The translations under genes were made by a program, and so were the position numbers. 64,000 nucleotides of DNA. Origin: Octopus vulgaris (taxonomy: Eukaryota). Positions within the stretch are counted from its first letter, which is position 1; each line of letters opens with the position of its first letter. Below are positions 1 through 12,582 of this stretch, piece by piece. A model generated the notes under the pieces. That model was not told where the DNA came from. It was given only the letters and a program-made list of their open reading frames with translations, and did not search any database. The DNA is taken from positions 55,552,001-55,616,000 of the forward strand of contig OX597833.1 in assembly GCA_951406725.2 (NCBI GenBank), read 5' to 3'.

Positions 1-247
1 CCCAGTGTATACGATGATTGGCAATGTGGTCTTTGTTCTCAAGTTGGTGGTGGTGGTGGTGTTGATGCCGTTGAGATCCTTCAAGCGCGGTCATTTTTAG
101 GTTTTCCTCATTATGGATATTGAAGACAAGTAACAGACGACGTGTTTTCCACGATTCAGTCAATATTCGGAACAAATTGGCCCTGCTTGGAGCGTTTTTC
201 TGATTTTCAACTTCACAGTCTGCATTAGTTTTTTCAGAATTTCCCAT
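1..247 (-). CDS. 4-TM family paralogue, N-terminal part (runs off window start)
   Basis: Manual translation from ATG at 247 is open to the edge: MGNSEKTNAD...TESWKTRRLLL...NEENLKMTALEGSQRHQHHHHQ...HRIHW; same N-tail motifs and upstream conserved block (~383-490) as the other copies. Confidence 0.75.
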   Translation of the reverse strand, partial: MGNSEKTNADCEVENQKNAPSRANLFRILTESWKTRRLLLVFNIHNEENLKMTALEGSQRHQHHHHHQLENKDHIANHRIHW

Positions 248-590
248 TCTGTGATATAATCTTTCTTCAGCTGTTTTGAAGCCAAATTTCCTCCGTCCCA
301 AATATTGACAGTTAATCAAGTTTTAATATCTATTGTTTTTGAAATAATGGAAATTAATATTTTGCTTTGATTTTAAAAAGCTATCTTAAATGAACTATTC
401 CATCATTTCACCTTCTGTTTCTTTTTATTTGTGTTTTTTCATTATTCAATCACACTTTCTTGCATCCACAACACAGATTCAATTCTTAGGGAAAGCCATC
501 TAATCTCACTTTATTTTATTAAATTTGCCACAAGGGCAGTACATAGAGTAAGGTAGCTTGCGGGCTGGACACGGACATTAATGAGATGAA

Positions 591-1081
591 TTCCTTATTA
601 ACCTATAAAGGTTTTACACAGAGGGGACATTCAAAGTACAAACTCGCTTCTTACATACAGAGTAAAAAACCGGATGGATTTACATATATTGTGTATGAGG
701 GTTTAAAATATACATATGAACGATGATCGGATGAGTTTTGGGTCCGGGTTAGTGAGTTAACCCGCCGGCTGGTTATCCCTTTTTGGTAATTTTTTTCCTT
801 CCTTTTATGCTCCGACCGACCGTGCAAGCACAGCCTCGTGCGTTCTCATCTTTCTTACTACTGTCGTCCATCTTTTTCCAAACGCTCTTTGCGGCAGGCT
901 CCTCCTCTCCAGACGGATCTTGCTGGACAGATGGGCAGCGAAGTAATTATTCACCAGCCCACGTCCGGAGAGGAACTGACCTGTCGCAATCCCTTTTGCT
1001 CGCGTCTTCCATACCACATCTTTCAGTATGGTTACTACGCAGAGAAAGGCTACCTTTTTTTCTTTGGTGAAAGATGAAGGT
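591..1081 (-). mobile_element. 5'-truncated Tx1/L1-like LINE 3' end nested in another LINE 3' UTR
   Basis: ORF 805..1086 (KDVVWKTR...HLSSKIRLERR...KRW) matches the C-terminus of 7892..9346; flanked by direct repeat gacattaatgagatgaat (~572 and ~1082). Confidence 0.8.
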
Positions 1082-1234
1082 GACATTAATGAGATGAATG
1101 ATAACGATACATCTAATCTCGTTTTCTTTATTTCCTATAAAAAGGATACATAGAGGGAACAAACAAGGACAAACAAGGGACATATAGAGGTCAGACGCAC
1201 TCGTTACACAAAATTAAAGCGAATGGGTTTAACT

Positions 1235-1455
1235 TGGCAGAAGCGTTAGCACGCCGGGCGAAATGCTTTGCAGTATTTCGTCTGCCGTTACGTTCTGAGT
1301 TCAAATTCCGCCGAAGTCGACTTTGCCTTTCATCCTTTCGGGGTCGATAAATTAAGCACCAGTTACGCACTGGGGTCGATGTAATCGACTTAATACCTAT
1401 GTCTGTCCTTGTTTGTCCCCGCTATGTTTAGCCTCTTGTGGGTAATAAAGAAATA
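1235..1455 (+). mobile_element. SINE-A (tRNA-like head, GTCGACTTTGCCTTTCATCC core, LINE-like tail)
   Basis: Near-identical to many other copies in the window. Confidence 0.85.
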
Positions 1456-1559
1456 GATATGAAAGTTAAAAATATAAATGATCATTTTATAACAGTATTT
1501 TTTCCGGGTTAGTGACCTAACCCGCCGGTTGTTTTCCTTCTGGTAATTATTTCCAGGAA

Positions 1560-1745
1560 CCCAACCTAGACCCCCATATCTACGGCGTTCGCCGCTGGAA
1601 TAAGGAGTGGTTGGAGATCACGTGGTCGTTAGCCTTGAATCGCCAGGCCTGGTCGGCGTTTGTGAGAGATGCAGCATTGAGGATGAATGAAGCCAGCTCA
1701 ACCCACCCCGGGTGAATGCCGTAAGAAGAAGAAGGAGAAGAAGAA
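1560..1745 (+). mobile_element. RTE-like LINE 3' end with (AAG)n tail
   Basis: Reads YGVRRWNKEWLEITWSLALNRQAWSAFVRDA...; ends in GAA repeats. Confidence 0.55.
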
Positions 1746-1756
1746 CTGTTCACATT

Positions 1757-2120
1757 GCCGAGGTCGACTTTATTTTTCATCCTTTCGGGGTCGATTAAAT
1801 AAGTACCAGTTACGCATTGGGATCGATATAATCGACTTAATCCGTTTGTCTGTCCTTGTTTGTCCCCTCTGTGTTTAGCCCCTTGTGGGTAGTAAAGAAA
1901 TAAGTACTTCGTCTGTTACTACGTTCTGAGTTCAAATTCCGCCGAGGTCGACTTTGCTTTTCATCCTGTCGGGGTCGATTAAATCAGTACCAGTTATGCA
2001 CTGGGATCGATATAATCGACTTAATCCCTTTGTCTGTCCTTGTTCGTCCCCTCTGTGTTTAGCCCCTTGTGGGTAGTAAAGAAATAGGTATTTTGTCTGT
2101 CTTACGTTCTGAGTTCAAAT
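1757..2120 (+). mobile_element. SINE-A headless tandem units
   Basis: Two or more body/tail units. Confidence 0.85.
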
Positions 2121-2386
2121 AGTTTGACGAATTATTAGCAACTTGTTATTGGCATTGCGCTGTCTCTGCAGTCTGGTAGCCTGAGTGCAAAATATGTATG
2201 GGCCAACAATTAACTTTTCGTAGTTATGCTTTGGTTGACATTGGCATCAATCGAACTCACTTTGACAAAGAAGCCGTCGATCGTCTGTGAGCCTTTTGAT
2301 CTTCAAGAAGCGCTTCTCTTTCCGTCTTTATTCTCTTCATACAAAATACAAAAAGAGTGTGGGGGTATCGATGAGGCTCAACGATA

Positions 2387-3047
2387 AGGCGGGGAGCTGG
2401 CAGAAATGTTAACACGCCGGGCAAAATGCTTAGCAGTATTTCGTCTGCCGTTACGTTCTGAGTTCAAATTCCGCCGAGGTCGACTTCGCCTTTCATCCTT
2501 TTGGGGTCAATAAATTAAGTACCTATTTTTTTACTACCCACAAGGGGCTAAAAACAGAGGGGACGAACAAGGACAGACAAACGGATTAAATCGATTATAT
2601 CGACCCCAGTGCGTAACTGGTACTTAATTTATCGACCCCTGAAAGTATGAAAGGCAAAGTCGACCTCGGCGGAATTTGAACTCAGAACGTAACGGCGGAC
2701 AAAATACGGCTACGCATTTCGCCCGGCGTGCTAACGATTCTGCCAGCTCACCACCTTAATTAAGTACCAGTTACGCACTGGGGTCGATGTAATCGACTTA
2801 ATACCTACGTCTGTCCTTGTTTGTCCCCTCTGTGTTTAGCCCCTTGTGGGTAATAAAGAAATAGGTATTTCGTCTGTCGTTACGTTGTGAGTTCAAATTC
2901 CACAGAGGTCGACTTTGCCTTTCATCCTTTCGGGGGTCGATAAATTAAGTACTAGTTACGCACTGGGGTCGATGTAATCGACTTAATCCGTTTGCCTGTC
3001 CTTGTTTGTCCCTTCTGTGTTTAGCCCCTTATGGGTAGTAAAGAAAT
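2387..3047 (+). mobile_element. SINE-A dimer with an antisense SINE-A nested at ~2524-2757
   Basis: Outer TSD ggtatcgatgag; inner TSD aattaagtacc. Confidence 0.85.
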
Positions 3048-3485
3048 AGGTATCGATGAGTCAACACCGTTGCTGGATTCATTCGTTCACACGGATGAAT
3101 GCAGCGATGGCTATCAAAGTTTAGTTTGTCACGTTTCACTGAAAATGGCACGGTTCTTTGCTCCACATCTATTCGAGTGTTTGTTGCTGCAGTACCAGAT
3201 GAGAATTTTAATTCCGAAAGCCAGACATTGTATAATAGGATCAACAAACTAGAATTTTTCATTTCCCCCATAACTTGAGGCGAAACAGAATTTTCTCAGG
3301 GTTATGAAATGACCTTGTTAGTTTCCAAGTATACATTTCTTTATTATAATTGGCTGCCAAATTGAACTAATAAACTATTTCAACCGCGACAAACTACTTG
3401 CAATCTATTCCTTAGAGTATTATAAGTTAATTACCACATTAAATTATAAATATTTCAAACTATAGCTCTAGAGTTTTTCTATTTC

Positions 3486-3888
3486 AGATCTTTTCGGTTT
3501 GAACGGCAGTTTTTTAAAAATAATTTCCACGTAACTAAACACTTTTAAAATTCGTATACTGGTAGAATGTGTTTATAAAACATCTTTTTCTTTTGGCTTT
3601 ATTGAAAAAATTCTATAGTTTGTAAGATATTTGTTGGTTTTTTTTTCTTCAATTTCTGCAATTTCAACCAATCAATGACGTTTATTGAGGTGAAAACATT
3701 TTGTGCCGTATGAATATGTCCCTCGTTTAAGAAACAGATTGGGTTTATTTACATTTATGAAGAAAAAAAGATACCCTAACCAACCCTAAAACATAGAAAT
3801 GCAATAGATCGATACTAGGGTCATAATTATGGGTGACAATTTCATATGACACCGCTAGAAAAAACTGCCGTTCAAACGGAAAAGATCC
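3486..3888. mobile_element. MITE-GG (~400-420 bp, TIR GGATCTTTTCGGTTTGAACGGCAGTTTTT)
   Basis: TIRs and internal sequence shared with about 17 other copies. Confidence 0.9.
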
Positions 3889-4199
3889 TCTAGTTCTTTA
3901 TTGAATAACTATACGGACATGCACATTGCCGGTTGAATTTCACATGTAGTACACTCGAATAACACTGAGAATCGATTATAAACAGACAATATTATCACTG
4001 TACTAACCAAAGAGCAGGATTTTAACAGACGTCGTGCCACTGTTTTTGTTAAAGAAACTAATAGTGATCTGCAACATCAAAAATTTATTGAAGTTGTATG
4101 CGCGGGAAGGAGACGAGATTCTCACGTTTTAAGCAAATATTCAATACTTATTTGAAGTTCATTTCGAATGCCACTGGAAATTTATAAATACTAAACTCT

Positions 4200-4670
4200 T
4201 GTCACCCCAGAAAATTTAAAAACAAAAAATGTGCCCTGTCATAAAGAATTGTTGTAAATAAATGATTGTTGAGAGTAACAGAGCAAAATGACAACATTGG
4301 TGGTTGACAATAGCTTCATGCACGCTCAAAGACACGTTTGTAGTCTGAAGAATTTATGGAAATATGTGAAAGGGAGGATTGGGAAGTAAGTGAAGTGAGA
4401 ATGGTTGAAAAAAATCATGAGGGACTTGGAAGAGACGTTTGAAATAAGGATGGAGATGGAAGGATTTTGTATAGGAACTGAACAAGGAGCATTTGTGTGG
4501 GATTAACAACTAAAGGACAGGTAAGTGATGCAAGCGGATGGGGCCGTTAGCATCACTTTCATAATATCATTTTCAAAATTCGTCTTTCATTCTCGTAATT
4601 GTGATGTTCTATGTCCCCAGTGTTTGTAGTGTCCCCTCTGTGTGGCCCCTCGTGGGTAATAAAGAATAAA
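4200..4670 (+). mobile_element. Decayed 3' part of ORF1-only non-LTR element
   Basis: Contains the GGTAAGTGATGC..GCATCACTTTC hairpin and GCCCCTCGTGGGTAATAAAGAA tail seen at 48510-48671. Confidence 0.7.
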
Positions 4671-4954
4671 AAAACTAGTGAAGGTCAACGTAGGATTTTT
4701 TATTCGAAGTTCTGTATACCATATTTTTATCATTTTTTTTTTTGTATAGTAGTTCACTTGTCCAGAGGGAGAAAGGAGCTGTGTAGCATGTTACTGTGTA
4801 GGGTATTACGACGAGGGAATGATCAGATAATCTCATAGTTGCGGAGACGGTTACGGTATTGAGTGCAGTTTGAGGCAAGGGGAGAAGGGGACGTGGGAGT
4901 TGACAATAGCAAAAGGTTCTGTTTCTGCGTCGATATGAAATGAGTGTAAGAGTG

Positions 4955-5202
4955 TTCCTTCTCGAGTCATGCCAGGCTCATAAGGGCTGGTTTCCCAGTT
5001 TCAGTGGCGTAGAAACTCCCCACCTGGACGGGGCGCCGGTCTGTCGCAGGATTGCTCATTTTTACCAGCTGAGTGGACTAGAGCAACATGAAATGAAGTG
5101 TTTTGCTCAAGAACACAACGCATCGCCCGGTTCAGGAAGGAATCGAAACCACAACCTTACGATCATGAGTTCATCACCCTAACCACTAAGCCACGCGCCT
5201 CC
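4955..5202 (-). mobile_element. SINE-C (tRNA head + CORE-like block)
   Basis: Reverse complement of 26148-26395; flanked by gagtgtaagagtg. Confidence 0.8.
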
Positions 5203-5372
5203 AGAGTGTAAGAGTGACCAGGAGCTGTGTATTGAAGTCACGAGGACGAAGATTGCAGAAAGGGATGAAGTGAGACATTCCTAATGTAGGAGAAGATATG
5301 GTCAAAGAATTACTGGTTTGAGGTGTTCGGAAATCAGATGTAGTATTTAGATGTTATAGTATAAAAAAAAAA

Positions 5373-5779
5373 GGATCTTTTCGGTTTGAACGGCAGTTTT
5401 TAACATAATTTCTAGGTAACTAAAAAATTTTAAACTTCGTATACTGGTAGAATGTGTTTATAAAACATCTTTTTCTCTTGGCTTTATTGAGAAAATTCTA
5501 TAGTTTGTAAGATATTTGTTGTTTTTTTTTCTTCAATTTCAACCAATCACTGACGTCTATTGAGGTAAAAAAAAATATTCTGTGCCGTATGAATATGTCC
5601 CTCGTTTAAGAAACAGATTGGGTTTATTTACATTTGTGAAGAAAAAAAAGATACCCTTCCCCCACCCCTAACTCTAAAACAGATTGAAATGCAATAGATC
5701 GATACTAGGGTCATAATTATGGGTGACAATTTCATATGACACCGTTAGAAAAAAACTGCCGTTCAAACCGAGAAGATCC
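5373..5779. mobile_element. MITE-GG
   Basis: TIRs; family match. Confidence 0.9.
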
Positions 5780-6252
5780 TAAAAAAAAAAAAAAAAAAAA
5801 AAGGTTAGGTGGTCCACCCAAGTAAAATTGTTTTGTGAAGATTTTTGCTTTTGCAATATAAGACAGATAACCCGTTTTTAGCGAATAATACTTCACCACT
5901 AACCCTGTTGTGGATCTTAGATTTTACTAGATTAATGAAATCTGAATTTTGCGTATGGTCGGCATTTCAGTATTCGATCTTACAAGCATTTCTTACATCA
6001 AGTCAAATGCAATACGATTTCTGTAAAGTTCAGGGTGTAAAAATCGGTAATGCAATGCAACCAGGAAATTAGCGAATATTAACCCATAAGGGGCTGGGAT
6101 TTGCAATTACATTGCATGGACTGCTGAGCGTATTTTATGAAAATGAGACTATCATGCACATAGTGGCAAGTTTTATATCATCTGAAAAGTCATTAGTTGA
6201 ACTATCTCTTGACAGACATTTCAACAAACGCCCATAAATTAAATGCATCTAT

Positions 6253-6671
6253 CTATTTCTTTACTACTCACAAGGGGCTAAACACAGAGAGGACAAACAA
6301 GGACAGAAAAACGGATTAAGTCGATTATATCAACCCCCAGTGCGTAACTGGTACTTATTTAATCGACCCCGAAAGGATGAAAGGCGAAGTCGACCTCGGC
6401 GGAATTTGAACTCAGAACGTAGCGACAGACGAAATACCTATTTCTTTATTACCCACAAGGGGATAAACACAGAGCGGACAAACAAGGACAGACATAGGTA
6501 TTAAGTCGATTACATCGACCCCAGTGCGTAACTGGTACTTTAATTTATCGACCCCGAAAGGATGAAAGGCAAAGTCGACCTCGGCGGAATTTGAACTCAG
6601 AACGTAACGGCAGACGAAATACCGCAAAGCATTTCGCCCGGCGTGCTAACGTTTCTGCCAGCTCGCCGCCT
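6253..6671 (-). mobile_element. SINE-A dimer
   Basis: TSD ttaaatgcatctatct. Confidence 0.85.
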
Positions 6672-6896
6672 TTAAATGCATCTATCTGGGCCACGTTCGT
6701 GGTCTGTCGTGCTTTGTGTTAAAAGAGATATTTGTTTCCGACAGTATAGTCACTGTAATTAGAACGTTTGGTTATATTCAAATTTATCTACAAAAGTCTT
6801 TAAAAGCCATTGAAATGCTTAAAATGTAATAAGAAATAAATTCCTTAAAAACTATGAAAAAGAAAATGGAATGATCAAATACAGAAAGTCAGGTGG

Positions 6897-7511
6897 TTAC
6901 AGATTTTGAATTACTGTAAAATTCGGCAGAAAACTCGGCACACACAATAGAAGCCAAAGTATGAAGGTGCTGATAAGAATCGCCAAAATAATCCCGTCAT
7001 AATGTAACACAAGGATAATGAAAGTGGACAGGATAATAAAAATGGTGCATATGAAACAGAGGAGGTGATTGCGAGTTGAGAAAACTGGCCTTTGTTTGGA
7101 AAATGGAAAGACAAGGTAGATAATTATCAGCGAATTGACGACTATGAACACGTCTAGAACAATAGTCACATACTCATTTGTATTTAGAACAGATTGTACT
7201 GTGTTCACTATATGTATAAGCCCGGAGAACAAACTGAACAACGACAACAGCTGGTAACTGAGTATTAAGATCCAGGGTAAACGATAGGAAATGGTTGTGA
7301 ACCATTGGTTCGAAGGCTGGTGATTGTGTTGATTTTGTTGAGATTCTCCTAGTGCTGTTATTTCTATGTTTTCCTCAATACCGTCATTGGAAGTTATTGA
7401 CAGCCGACGTGTTGGCCTCGAATTATTCGATGTTCGTAACAAATCACCCGTACTCTGATCATTACTCACATCATCCACCCTCTCTCCATTTGTTCTGCCA
7501 GGATTCTCCAT
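6897..7511 (-). CDS. 4-TM membrane protein, uncharacterised family (204 aa)
   Basis: Intact ORF; SRPTRRLS and EENIEITALG motifs; four hydrophobic segments; clear homology to six other ORFs in the window. Confidence 0.85.
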   Translation of the reverse strand: MENPGRTNGERVDDVSNDQSTGDLLRTSNNSRPTRRLSITSNDGIEENIEITALGESQQNQHNHQPSNQWFTTISYRLPWILILSYQLLSLFSLFSGLIHIVNTVQSVLNTNEYVTIVLDVFIVVNSLIIIYLVFPFSKQRPVFSTRNHLLCFICTIFIILSTFIILVLHYDGIILAILISTFILWLLLCVPSFLPNFTVIQNL

Positions 7512-7657
7512 TCTTTTTCGAGTCCTCCGGTCTTTCTTTTGCTGATCTGAAGCAAACTTGCGTTAAAAATATTTTTTCTATGAAATATTAACATGTCTTG
7601 TATTTATTGTCTGGAAAACAATAGAAATTTTTTTAAATACTGACAAACTAATAGTGA

Positions 7658-9389
7658 TTTCTTTATTAAGATTATATAATCTTATACATAGAATTACAAA
7701 TACATAACAAACATGCAAAACAAATAATTAAGAGGTTCGCTATTTAAATTTTTTTTTTTTTTATAACATTTGTATTAAAAATTCGTTTTTTTAAAAATTG
7801 TCCTTTATATAACCAGTAGCATCTTTATCACAGTTCAAACCCCGGCAATTTACAAGCCCCGCAGCTTTTATTTCCTCTCCTCCCTCCATAGTTAAGCTGG
7901 GTTTCTAACACCCACCTTTCTTTCCACTTCCTTCCATCTTTTCTCATACACGCCCCGTGGTAAGCTCCTCTTCTCCAGCCCCAATTTGCTCTTCAGATGA
8001 TATCTGAAGTAAGTGAGCAAGCCGGGGCCGGAGACAAAGGTTCCTATCGCGGCTCCTTCCATTCTCGTTCTCCACATGCATTCTTTTACTACTGCAACCG
8101 TACAGTGAAAACATGCCTCACCTTCCTTCGAGAGTCCAGTTGGCGGTATCATCTTAATCATAGACTCAGCCGACAGCTGTACTCGTCCTAGATGCGATAA
8201 CACGTGTTCTGCGTAACGTATCAAGTCTGACAACTTCCGACAGTGTACAAAGGCGTGCTGGACGGTTTCATCGTCCAACTCGCACCTTGGACACGTCGGT
8301 GGCACTGGAATTCCGTGCCGCGATAACTTCTCGCGAACAGGTAGAGCGTTCCTATAACACTGCCAGGCCAGGGATCTTTGGTAATTATCCAAGTACCCCG
8401 TCCTGAAAGTCTTTTTAAACAGGTTGGTAAGCTGGTCTTCGTCAAACCCCAGAGCCCCTCCTAGGACGTCGTCGTTTTTTTCCTCTACCAGCCTTCTATA
8501 AAATACCGAGGTGGTATTTCCGCAGCCGGCCTTGCCCGCCTTGTGGATCAGCGTGAGTGCCTGTCGGCACTCCCTTTGCCACAAAGTCAGTTTCCATCTT
8601 TTGATGCGACCGGGTTTAAAATCCGTTAAGGAGGCCAGTCTCGGGAAAAATTTCCCTGCCAGCGGACTCCACACCTTATCACCCTCCAGGTGGTGCCAGA
8701 GATGCTTCAGCCTCAACGCATGTCTGCGCATCATCAGCCAAGGCATTCCTAACCCACCCTTTAACGGTTCCTGGCAGCAAACGGAGCGCCTCACAAGTGG
8801 CTTTCCTCCCTTCCACAAAAAGCGGAAAAGGATTCGCTCCAACTTGTTAAGCCATGAACCGGGGCAAGGGACAACGGTCAGGCGGTAAGTGATTACAGAT
8901 GCAATGAACATCTGCACCACCTCCGCCCTTCCTTTCAAGGACAGAGACCTTCCGGACCAGGTCCGTACTATGGCCTCCACCTTGCTCGCCACCTCACTCC
9001 AGTTCCTCTCCGTTTGGGAGTCTGGCCCAAACCAGACTCCTAGCAACTTAACAGGGCCATCCGTCCAGTGTCCCACGACGCTGGACGATATCGACTTGCT
9101 CCTCCAGGTGCCGAGGCGCAAGCCAACCGACTTGTCCTTGTTAACCTTTGCTCCTGCCACCGCCTCGTATCCTCTGATAGCCTCTTCCACACAAGGTAGC
9201 TGGGCCTCATTGGACACGATGAGGGTGACGTCATCCGCGTAAGCAGTAACCGACCTCCCACCTCCGATCTCATCCGAGTTGCTTCCCAGCCTCTCCAACT
9301 TTCGCAGCAATGGCTCAAGAGCCAACACGTACAAAAGTGGTGACAAGGGGCACCCTTGACGAACTGAACATTCAATCGAAAACGGTTCC
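7658..9389 (-). mobile_element. 5'-truncated Tx1/L1-like LINE (RT C-half + zinc finger, ORF 7892..9346)
   Basis: SPLLY, YADD and CPRC..ETVQHAFVHC motifs; 18-bp TSD ctgacaaactaatagtga (7640/9390); lies between the upstream block and the splice acceptor of the 6897 gene. Confidence 0.92.
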
Positions 9390-9407
9390 CTGACAAACTA
9401 ATAGTGA

Positions 9408-9560
9408 CCTTAAATAAACTGTTCCAGTGTTTCAACATCAGTCTTTTCATATTTGTTTAATCACACAAAATATTCTTGCTTGCAGATCATTGTAATCCAT
9501 GACACAGTTTCAATTCTCAGTTGATGTCATCAAACTTCACTTTGGCTTCTAATGTCGATG
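9408..9560 (-). promoter_or_regulatory. Conserved upstream non-coding block of the 4-TM family (displaced by LINE)
   Basis: Same block at ~383-490, 20055-20185, 30775-30920, 38265-38400, 40690-40880, 46890-47080 and 57410-57594. Confidence 0.6.
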
Positions 9561-9589
9561 TTTCATGGACCAGGAAGGTACTCGTTTCT

Positions 9590-9985
9590 TGGAACCGAAT
9601 AGATGCTTCGATGAAGCAAGGAGCCTGGTCGGACGGAAATCTTGAAGTATTGGACGTTTGGACTCAAAAAGAGTCTACAAAATGTGATTTTTTTTCAATA
9701 TTGAACTATGTACGAGGTTTATAGCCTTATTGTGTTTTAAAAAGAAAGAAAAAAGAATTCTGAACTATGTAAGAGGTTTATTGCCTCATTGTGTTTTTTA
9801 TTAAAAAAAAAAAGAAAGAAAACAGAACAATGTTTAAGAGAAGCGAAAGTCGGCGGTCGCTTTTCGTCTTCTCCCATCCTTATCATCCTTGCATCATTAT
9901 CATTCATCCCATTAATGTCTGTGTCCAGCCCGCAAGCTTCTCTCTGTGCGCTGCCCTTGTGGCAAATTAAATGAAATAAGGAAAG
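9590..9985 (+). mobile_element. LINE 3' UTR fragment (second tail subtype)
   Basis: Reverse complement of ~21155-21520; TSD gtactcgtttct. Confidence 0.7.
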
Positions 9986-10105
9986 TACTCGTTTCTAAAT
10001 AGATGAGTATAGTTTTGTAGCAACACTTTACTGAATTGTTCTGGATGGACGGTCGAACTGTAGATGGTGGAGGACCTCAGAGATGTTATAGTATATAAAA
10101 ACAAA

Positions 10106-10448
10106 GGATCTTTTCGGTTTGAACGGCAGTTTTTAACATAGTTTTTAACATAATTATTGAGAAAATTCAATAGTTTGTAAGATATTTGTTGCTTTTTTCT
10201 TCAATTTCTGCAATTTCAACCAATCAATGACGTCTATTGAGATAAAAAAAACACATTCTGTGCCGTATGAATATGTCCCTTGTTTAAGAAACAGATTGGG
10301 TTTATTTACATTTGTGACGAAAAAAGATACCCTTCCCCTAACCCTAAAACAGATTGAAATGCAATAGATCAATACTAAGGTCATAATTATGGGTGACAAT
10401 TTCATATGACACCGCTAGAAAAAAATGCCGTTCAAACCGAAAAGATCC
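10106..10448. mobile_element. MITE-GG, internally deleted, with chimeric flanks
   Basis: TIRs; left flank matches the 5373 copy, right flank matches the 12902 copy. Confidence 0.85.
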
Positions 10449-10699
10449 GAATTGTGGTCTTATACTCCAAGCCGTTTATTATGGCTGCCACCAACCAAGC
10501 GGAATCTACTTCGAGTGGGATATCTCCTACCCCGCGGCTCACAGTAGAAGATGCAGAGGAGCACGAAAATTAATAGCACCAGCTGAGGCCCGGGATCTGA
10601 TAACTGGTTGTACGAGGTGCGGATCGCCTGATTTGGAGGCCTTCCCTACGAGCTTTATGCATATTTGTCAGTACTGTTGGCCGGCGTCTTGCCAGGCAT

Positions 10700-11052
10700 C
10701 TACTGCAACTAGCAACAGAACGGGTGTTTTCCCAGTTCTAACTTTTTGTGAATTAGTAGAACCGCGGACAAAAGGAACGTAATCGGTAATTTCCGGCCCA
10801 TAGAAACTAATAAAATATTGGTACTTATTGGTGACGTGCTCAGGAACGCACATATGTGGGCCATACCGACTTCGTCTATCCAAAAGATACAAAAGATATG
10901 CGGCCCATATGACATCAGGAAAGTATTCAAGAGTAATACAACACTTCGCAAATATCTCTTTCGGGTAAAACCACCAATAGAAGAGAATATGACTAAAGAC
11001 TGTGTGTACTCCATCCCATGCAGCTGTGGTAGGTTACACAAAGGCGAAACAT
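10700..11052 (+). mobile_element. Penelope-like element fragment (start of GIY-YIG endonuclease)
   Basis: KICGPYDIRKVFKSNTTLRKYLFRVK...DCVYSIPCSCGRLHKGET resembles the PLE linker/GIY-YIG VY.IPC.CG..YIGET. Confidence 0.7.
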
Positions 11053-11210
11053 GCATTTTTCATGTATTGATTGTCCCCGCATATGTTTGTCCCCTCTATG
11101 TCGGACCCTTGTGGGCAATAAAAAAAAAAATCCGCTTAATGTCACGTCAAGAACGACCAACCTACCTTCCGGGTTGATAAAGATAGTTCATGTTTCCAAA
11201 TCCAGGTTTT

Positions 11211-11625
11211 GGATCTTTTCGGTTTGAACGGCAGTTTTTTCTAGCGGCGTCATATGAAATTGTCACCCATAATTATGACCCTAGTATCGATCTATTACAT
11301 TTCAATCTATTTTAGGGTTTCGGTTAGTTAGGGTTAGGGGATCTTTTTTCTTCACAAATGTAAATAAACCCAATCTGTTTCTTAAACGAGGGACATATTC
11401 ATACGGCACAGAATGTTTTTTTTTACCTCAATAGACGTCATTGATTGGTTGAAATTGCAGAAATTGAAGAAAAAAACAACAAATATCTTACAAACTATAG
11501 AATTTTCTCAATAAAGCCAAGAGAAAAAGATGTTTTATAAACACATTCTTCCAGTATAAGAAGTTTAAAAGTGTTTAGTTACAAAGAAATTATGTTAAAA
11601 ACTACCGTTCAAACCGAAAAGATCC
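11211..11625. mobile_element. MITE-GG
   Basis: TIRs; family match. Confidence 0.9.
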
Positions 11626-12160
11626 AAATAATTTTCTCACAGCCATTTAGGAGGTGGGGGGAAGTCTCTTTTATTACTCAGTCTGAACTCTGCGGCAACT
11701 ATAATATACATTCTATGCGACCTGAGGTCATTAGGAAACGACCTTGTTTCCACTCTGACCCCAGGCCGCGTACATTCAAACACCCCACATAAGAATATCC
11801 ATAATGGTTATACTTACAGTTTGAGATGAGGTGGTACGTCCATCTCATTCCTTTAGTTTTTCGCCTAAGAAATTAGTGGGGAAAAGTCTTTCCTCAGAAA
11901 GCCCATGTCGTTTTTTAATCGGTTCGCCAACACAGCTTTGTCTATTTTATAGATAGCAATGATTTGAGGAATGTTTTTTTCCCCTCCTAGTCTTTGGTTA
12001 AGTTGGGCACGTCTTTCAATTGTTGCAGCAGTGACTTGTTAGTCGTCACTACTGCAGTATAGTCTATGTCTAGATGGGTGGGGAACATTTTGGGCTGGGA
12101 TTTTTTTTTGTAGTTGTGTGATGTGTTTGTTGTTTTTTGTTTTGATGTAGGGCTAGTGGG

Positions 12161-12582
12161 GGATCTTTTCGGTTTGAACGGCAGTTTTTTCTAGCAGTGT
12201 CATATGAAATTGTCACCCATAATTATGACCCTAGTATCGATCTATTGCATTTCCATATATTTTAGGGTTAGGGTTAAGGTTAGGGGTGGGGGGAGGGTAT
12301 CTTTTTTTCTTCACAAATGTAAATAAACCCAATCTGTTTCTTAAACGAGGGACATATTCATATGGCACAGAATGTTGTTTACCTCAATAGACGTCAGTGA
12401 TTGGTTGAAATTGCAGAAATTGAAGAAAAAAAACCCACAAATATCTTACAAACCATAGAATTTTCTCAATAAAGCCAAGAGAAAAAGATGTTTTATAAAC
12501 ACATTCTACCAGTATACGAAGTTTAAATTTTTTTAGTTACCTAGAAATTATGTTAAAACTGCCGTTCAAACCAAAAAGATCC
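12161..12582. mobile_element. MITE-GG with 8-bp TSD
   Basis: TSD ctagtggg. Confidence 0.95.

Noticed and set aside
6897-7511. Assignment to cephalopod chemotactile (Cys-loop) receptors, tetraspanins, claudins or innexins
   Set aside because: No signal peptide or large extracellular domain, and no CCG, W-GLW or paired loop cysteines; both outer loops are very short
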